64,000 bases of DNA from contig OX638353.1 in NCBI GenBank assembly GCA_951813255.1, forward strand, positions 2,155,472 to 2,219,471, in the 5' to 3' direction. The notes beneath the pieces are model-generated. The model worked only from the letters and a program-made list of their open reading frames with translations. It made no database searches and had not been told where the DNA came from. This stretch comes from an uncultured Dehalococcoidia bacterium (GTDB lineage Bacteria > Chloroflexota > Dehalococcoidia > Lucifugimonadales > JAAXIE01). Shown in pieces: positions 61,114 to 64,000 of this stretch; position 1 is the first letter of the stretch, and each line of letters starts with the position of its first letter. The translations under genes and the position numbers were made by a program.

Positions 61114-63114
61114 TTACCGGCGTCTCCATTCACCGATGTTCCACAGTTCGCTGTCCCAGCCATTGATGAACACGCCCAGCAGGGTATCGTGGTGTGCAGA
61201 CACGTAACCTCGGTTGACCAAGGGAATCTCGTAGTAGTTCTGCACCCAGATATCGTTCAACTGTTTGATCAGGTCTGAACGTCCCGGTCCGGGCCTGCTC
61301 TGGGCTAGTTGCTCGAATAGTTGGTCGTATTCTTCACTACACGCTCTGGATATGTTCCCGCCCGCCCAGTAGTTATCCCGCGTAGGGATCTCATGGCACA
61401 ACGACCCGGACAGATAGGACTCGGGATCGATATCGGAGCCACTGGCGTACATCTGGGCATCGGCGAAGAACCGCCGGTATGTGGCGGCAGCGTCTTCCAC
61501 TGGGTCGCCGCCGAAGAAGAGCCCACCATCGTGCTGCACCAACTCAGTTTCGATTCCAATCTGGCGCCACCAGTCCCGGACCAGTTCCTGCGTAGCTTCA
61601 CGAACGTCGTTCACTGAAGTTTGGAAGGTGAGCCGTAAGGGTAACCCTTGGTACTCACGAATCCCATCGCCATTGTGGTCCACCACCCCGTTGTCATCCA
61701 GGAGTTGGTTTGCACCTTCGATATCCTGCGTCAAGCAACCGTCTTTTGCGGTCGAGACATAGAGCACGGGGCCGGTGATGAAGTTGCATGTCGGCTCCCC
61801 CCCGAACCCGTACAATTGCTCGGATATAACTCGACGGTCAATGGCCATGGACATCGCTTGCCTGATCGGCTTAAAGCTCAGGACCGGATGAGGATTGTTC
61901 CCCCTCAGGTATTCCGAGCGGTCTTCGCCCAAGTCGGGGTCGGGGTTAGTCTGGTTCAGAACGATACGCTCGACCAAGCTGGCAAAGCCGGCAACGACAA
62001 CGCCCTGACCATCCACCTCCATCTGGCTCAGGATCTCTGGTTCCACCTGTAGGTTCCAAGCATAATCAGCGTCTCTTCTTTCCAACACGCGGCGAGCCGC
62101 TTCTTCAGCACTCGACGCACCACTAATCACCACCCGGTCGAAATAGGCAGGAGCGCCGTGGTAATAGGGGTTCCGCTCATATATTGCATGCTCGTTGGCC
62201 TCGAAGGTGGTGATGCGATAGGGACCCGTGCCCAGCGGAGCGTTATTCTCAGCGTGGCATCCTACCGCAGCAGCACCAATGCAGTCCCCGAATTGCGTCT
62301 CGCTGATGATAGGAGTCGTGGTGCTAACGAAGGCAGTGTAGGGATAGGCCCTGGGTGCGTCGAAGTCGATCCGGACGGTGCGGTCATCCAAGGCCGTCAC
62401 GGAAACGATGCCGTGGAAGGCCCCTTCCGCTGAGCAGCCCGTGTCTTCGTCCACACAATATCGCCACGTGAATACCACATCGGAGGCGGTCAGCGGAGTC
62501 CCATTGGACCACCTGAGGCCCTCTTTGAGAGCCCATGTGATGGAGGTAAGGTCTGCTGCAACACCACCATTGGCCACCGTAGGTATCTCTCTCGCTAGGG
62601 CGGGGACTAGATTACCGAAGGGATCGTACTTGGCCAAAGGTTCGAGGGTTACAGCAGCAGCATCCCGATCTTTGAAACCACCCGACAGGTAAGGACTGAG
62701 TATAGTCGGGGCCTGCCAGTAGAGCAGGCGCAACACCTGTTCTTCCTGCAACGTCGCGTCCGAGGCTCCCGGCGCACCGGACTGGCCTGGGGGCCCTCGC
62801 TCCCCAGTTGCACCGGTCTCGCCACGGGCTCCCGGAAGACCACGTTCCCCAGCATCGCCTTTCGGGCCTTGGGGACCAGGCCCACCCGGTTCACCTTGTG
62901 CGCCAGGCTCTCCAGCTTCTCCTCTGGGGCCTGCAGGGCCAGCCAATCCGGTGTCACCCTTGGGTCCTTGCATCCCGGTGGGGCCGGGTTCGCCTTGGGG
63001 GCCAGCAATTGTGGATTCATCGATCATCCGCTGGACCTCTTCTTCCGTAAGGCCGCCAGAGCAGCCCAAGGCCAGCAATAGGACAAGTGCAAGAAGCAGC
63101 GGAAGTACTTTCAT
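61114..63114 (-). CDS. Lipoprotein ABC-transporter substrate-binding protein (family 5, peptide/nickel type) with an N-terminal collagen-like stalk of 26 G-X-Y triplets
   Basis: [21 protein letters not shown] lipobox. Then [80 protein letters not shown], followed by ~560 aa SBP_bac_5-like sequence. Confidence 0.75.
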   Translation of the reverse strand: MKVLPLLLALVLLLALGCSGGLTEEEVQRMIDESTIAGPQGEPGPTGMQGPKGDTGLAGPAGPRGEAGEPGAQGEPGGPGPQGPKGDAGERGLPGARGETGATGERGPPGQSGAPGASDATLQEEQVLRLLYWQAPTILSPYLSGGFKDRDAAAVTLEPLAKYDPFGNLVPALAREIPTVANGGVAADLTSITWALKEGLRWSNGTPLTASDVVFTWRYCVDEDTGCSAEGAFHGIVSVTALDDRTVRIDFDAPRAYPYTAFVSTTTPIISETQFGDCIGAAAVGCHAENNAPLGTGPYRITTFEANEHAIYERNPYYHGAPAYFDRVVISGASSAEEAARRVLERRDADYAWNLQVEPEILSQMEVDGQGVVVAGFASLVERIVLNQTNPDPDLGEDRSEYLRGNNPHPVLSFKPIRQAMSMAIDRRVISEQLYGFGGEPTCNFITGPVLYVSTAKDGCLTQDIEGANQLLDDNGVVDHNGDGIREYQGLPLRLTFQTSVNDVREATQELVRDWWRQIGIETELVQHDGGLFFGGDPVEDAAATYRRFFADAQMYASGSDIDPESYLSGSLCHEIPTRDNYWAGGNISRACSEEYDQLFEQLAQSRPGPGRSDLIKQLNDIWVQNYYEIPLVNRGYVSAHHDTLLGVFINGWDSELWNIGEWRRR

Positions 63115-63520
63115 AGCAATACCACCCGGAAAAGCTGTTAGGCCGCTCTGCAAAAAGGGGAGGAAGTAGGCGGAGGGTCAATATCTATTATAGCGAAAGA
63201 CGGCGGAAGTATCCAGTCTGGTATCGGAACCATAGCTTGAGGTTCGCTAGCTTACCGGACTGACAGGTTTAATTGACCTCCAACTCGCGCCTGAGATGTA
63301 TCCTATCGGCCCCCCGATGGGCTTCAAAATTGACAGGCCACAAGGAAGGTATATAGAATGTCGAGGTATTGATTCTGAGTATCAGTGACCAGTGCGACAA
63401 TCAGGGGCTGAATATGGCCGATGCGAGCATCGGCCATTCCTTAAGGGCGTCGCGGACTGCGGCCCAACTCCAAAGAAGCTGCCCTCTTGCAGCTTTATCC
63501 CCACCCCAGCCGAGGTGTGA

Positions 63521-64000
63521 GTGTTGGCCACGCCAACCGTAAACGAGAACGTTCGCTACGAGCCGGACGACCGTCCACCGCATTTGGTATCCCTTGGGGC
63601 TGGTGCTCAAGCAGCCCTCATCACCCTCGCCCCCATAGTGCTCACGGTCGTCATCGTCGTGCGCATTGCCGAAGGCTCCGACAGCTACCTGTCTTGGGCC
63701 GTCTTTGCTGCCCTCGTAGTCAGCGGCATCACCACGGTCATGCAGGCTGTGCGTGTCGGACGGATTGGATCCGGCCACATCCTCATAATGGGTACGTCAG
63801 GGGCCTTCATCGCAGTCTGCGTCGCTGCCCTCGTCGAGGGCGGCCCCGCCACAATGGCCAGCCTGGTGGTCATCTCGTCCCTCTTCCAGTTCCTTCTTGC
63901 CTCACGACTTTCCCTGTTGCGCCGGGTATTCACTCCAGTGGTGTCGGGCACGGTGATCATGCTGATCGCTGCAACAGTGATGCCAGTGGTATTCGACACC
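63521..64000 (+). CDS. Nucleobase:cation symporter-2 (xanthine/uracil permease) family transporter, 3'-truncated by the window end
   Basis: GTG at 63521 or TTG at 63524 after GAGGTG. Hydrophobic helices LGAGAQAALITLAPIVLTVVIV... are typical of NCS2. The frame is open to the window end. Confidence 0.55.
   Translation, partial: MLATPTVNENVRYEPDDRPPHLVSLGAGAQAALITLAPIVLTVVIVVRIAEGSDSYLSWAVFAALVVSGITTVMQAVRVGRIGSGHILIMGTSGAFIAVCVAALVEGGPATMASLVVISSLFQFLLASRLSLLRRVFTPVVSGTVIMLIAATVMPVVFDT

Overview
High-GC (~63-65% by eye) bacterial chromosomal segment. It looks like housekeeping core genome with three accessory or repeat-rich patches. Gene content and style (type-E succinate dehydrogenase with a CCG-domain subunit, LDH-like malate dehydrogenase, short MetE-like proteins, split methylmalonyl-CoA mutase, Pro/Thr-rich linkers) suggest a Chloroflexota-like or similar lineage. 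This is an inference, not proven.

Gene order across the window:
- 3' end of the nuo operon (nuoL, partial; nuoM; nuoN), a small Cys-rich lipoprotein, nadK, and a Nudix hydrolase.
- A 1-kb repeat-containing leader, then sdhA-sdhB-sdhE (type E succinate:quinone oxidoreductase), a nitroreductase-fold protein and DUF1326.
- Convergent class-III aminotransferase, mdh and icd.
- tpx, a DUF255 thioredoxin-domain protein, an aldo/keto reductase, ppdK, recN, tRNA-Thr(CGU), an MBL-fold hydrolase and an amidohydrolase.
- A membrane-anchored Prx-like redoxin whose CxxC is UxxC (in-frame TGA, putative selenocysteine).
- A 7-kb cluster of three paralogous SPFH/Band-7 membrane proteins with different C-terminal modules, preceded by an HTH gene and a coiled-coil gene, followed by a convergent XRE regulator and a TGTCACA iteron-like array.
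- BisC-like molybdoenzyme, two tandem short MetE-like genes, an EVE / SfsA / HhH-GPD trio, a membrane protein, an OCD/mu-crystallin protein, a SAM methyltransferase, carB and carA.
- A REP element and a NucS-motif PD-(D/E)xK nuclease gene replacing most of pyrB (only its N-terminal ~60 codons remain), then pyrR.
- Two tandem arrays of a GNRA-hairpin palindromic (REP-like) repeat flanking a small GIY-YIG gene, then a second copy of an AT-rich dispersed repeat.
- Split methylmalonyl-CoA mutase catalytic subunit, surE, an alpha/beta hydrolase, a luciferase-like monooxygenase family (LLM) oxidoreductase, a nucleoside 2-deoxyribosyltransferase, a lipoprotein family-5 solute-binding protein with a 26-triplet collagen-like stalk, and a partial NCS2 permease.

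Most opposite-strand or overlapping entries in the six-frame ORF track are high-GC artefacts. Coordinates below were re-derived from the sequence lines.
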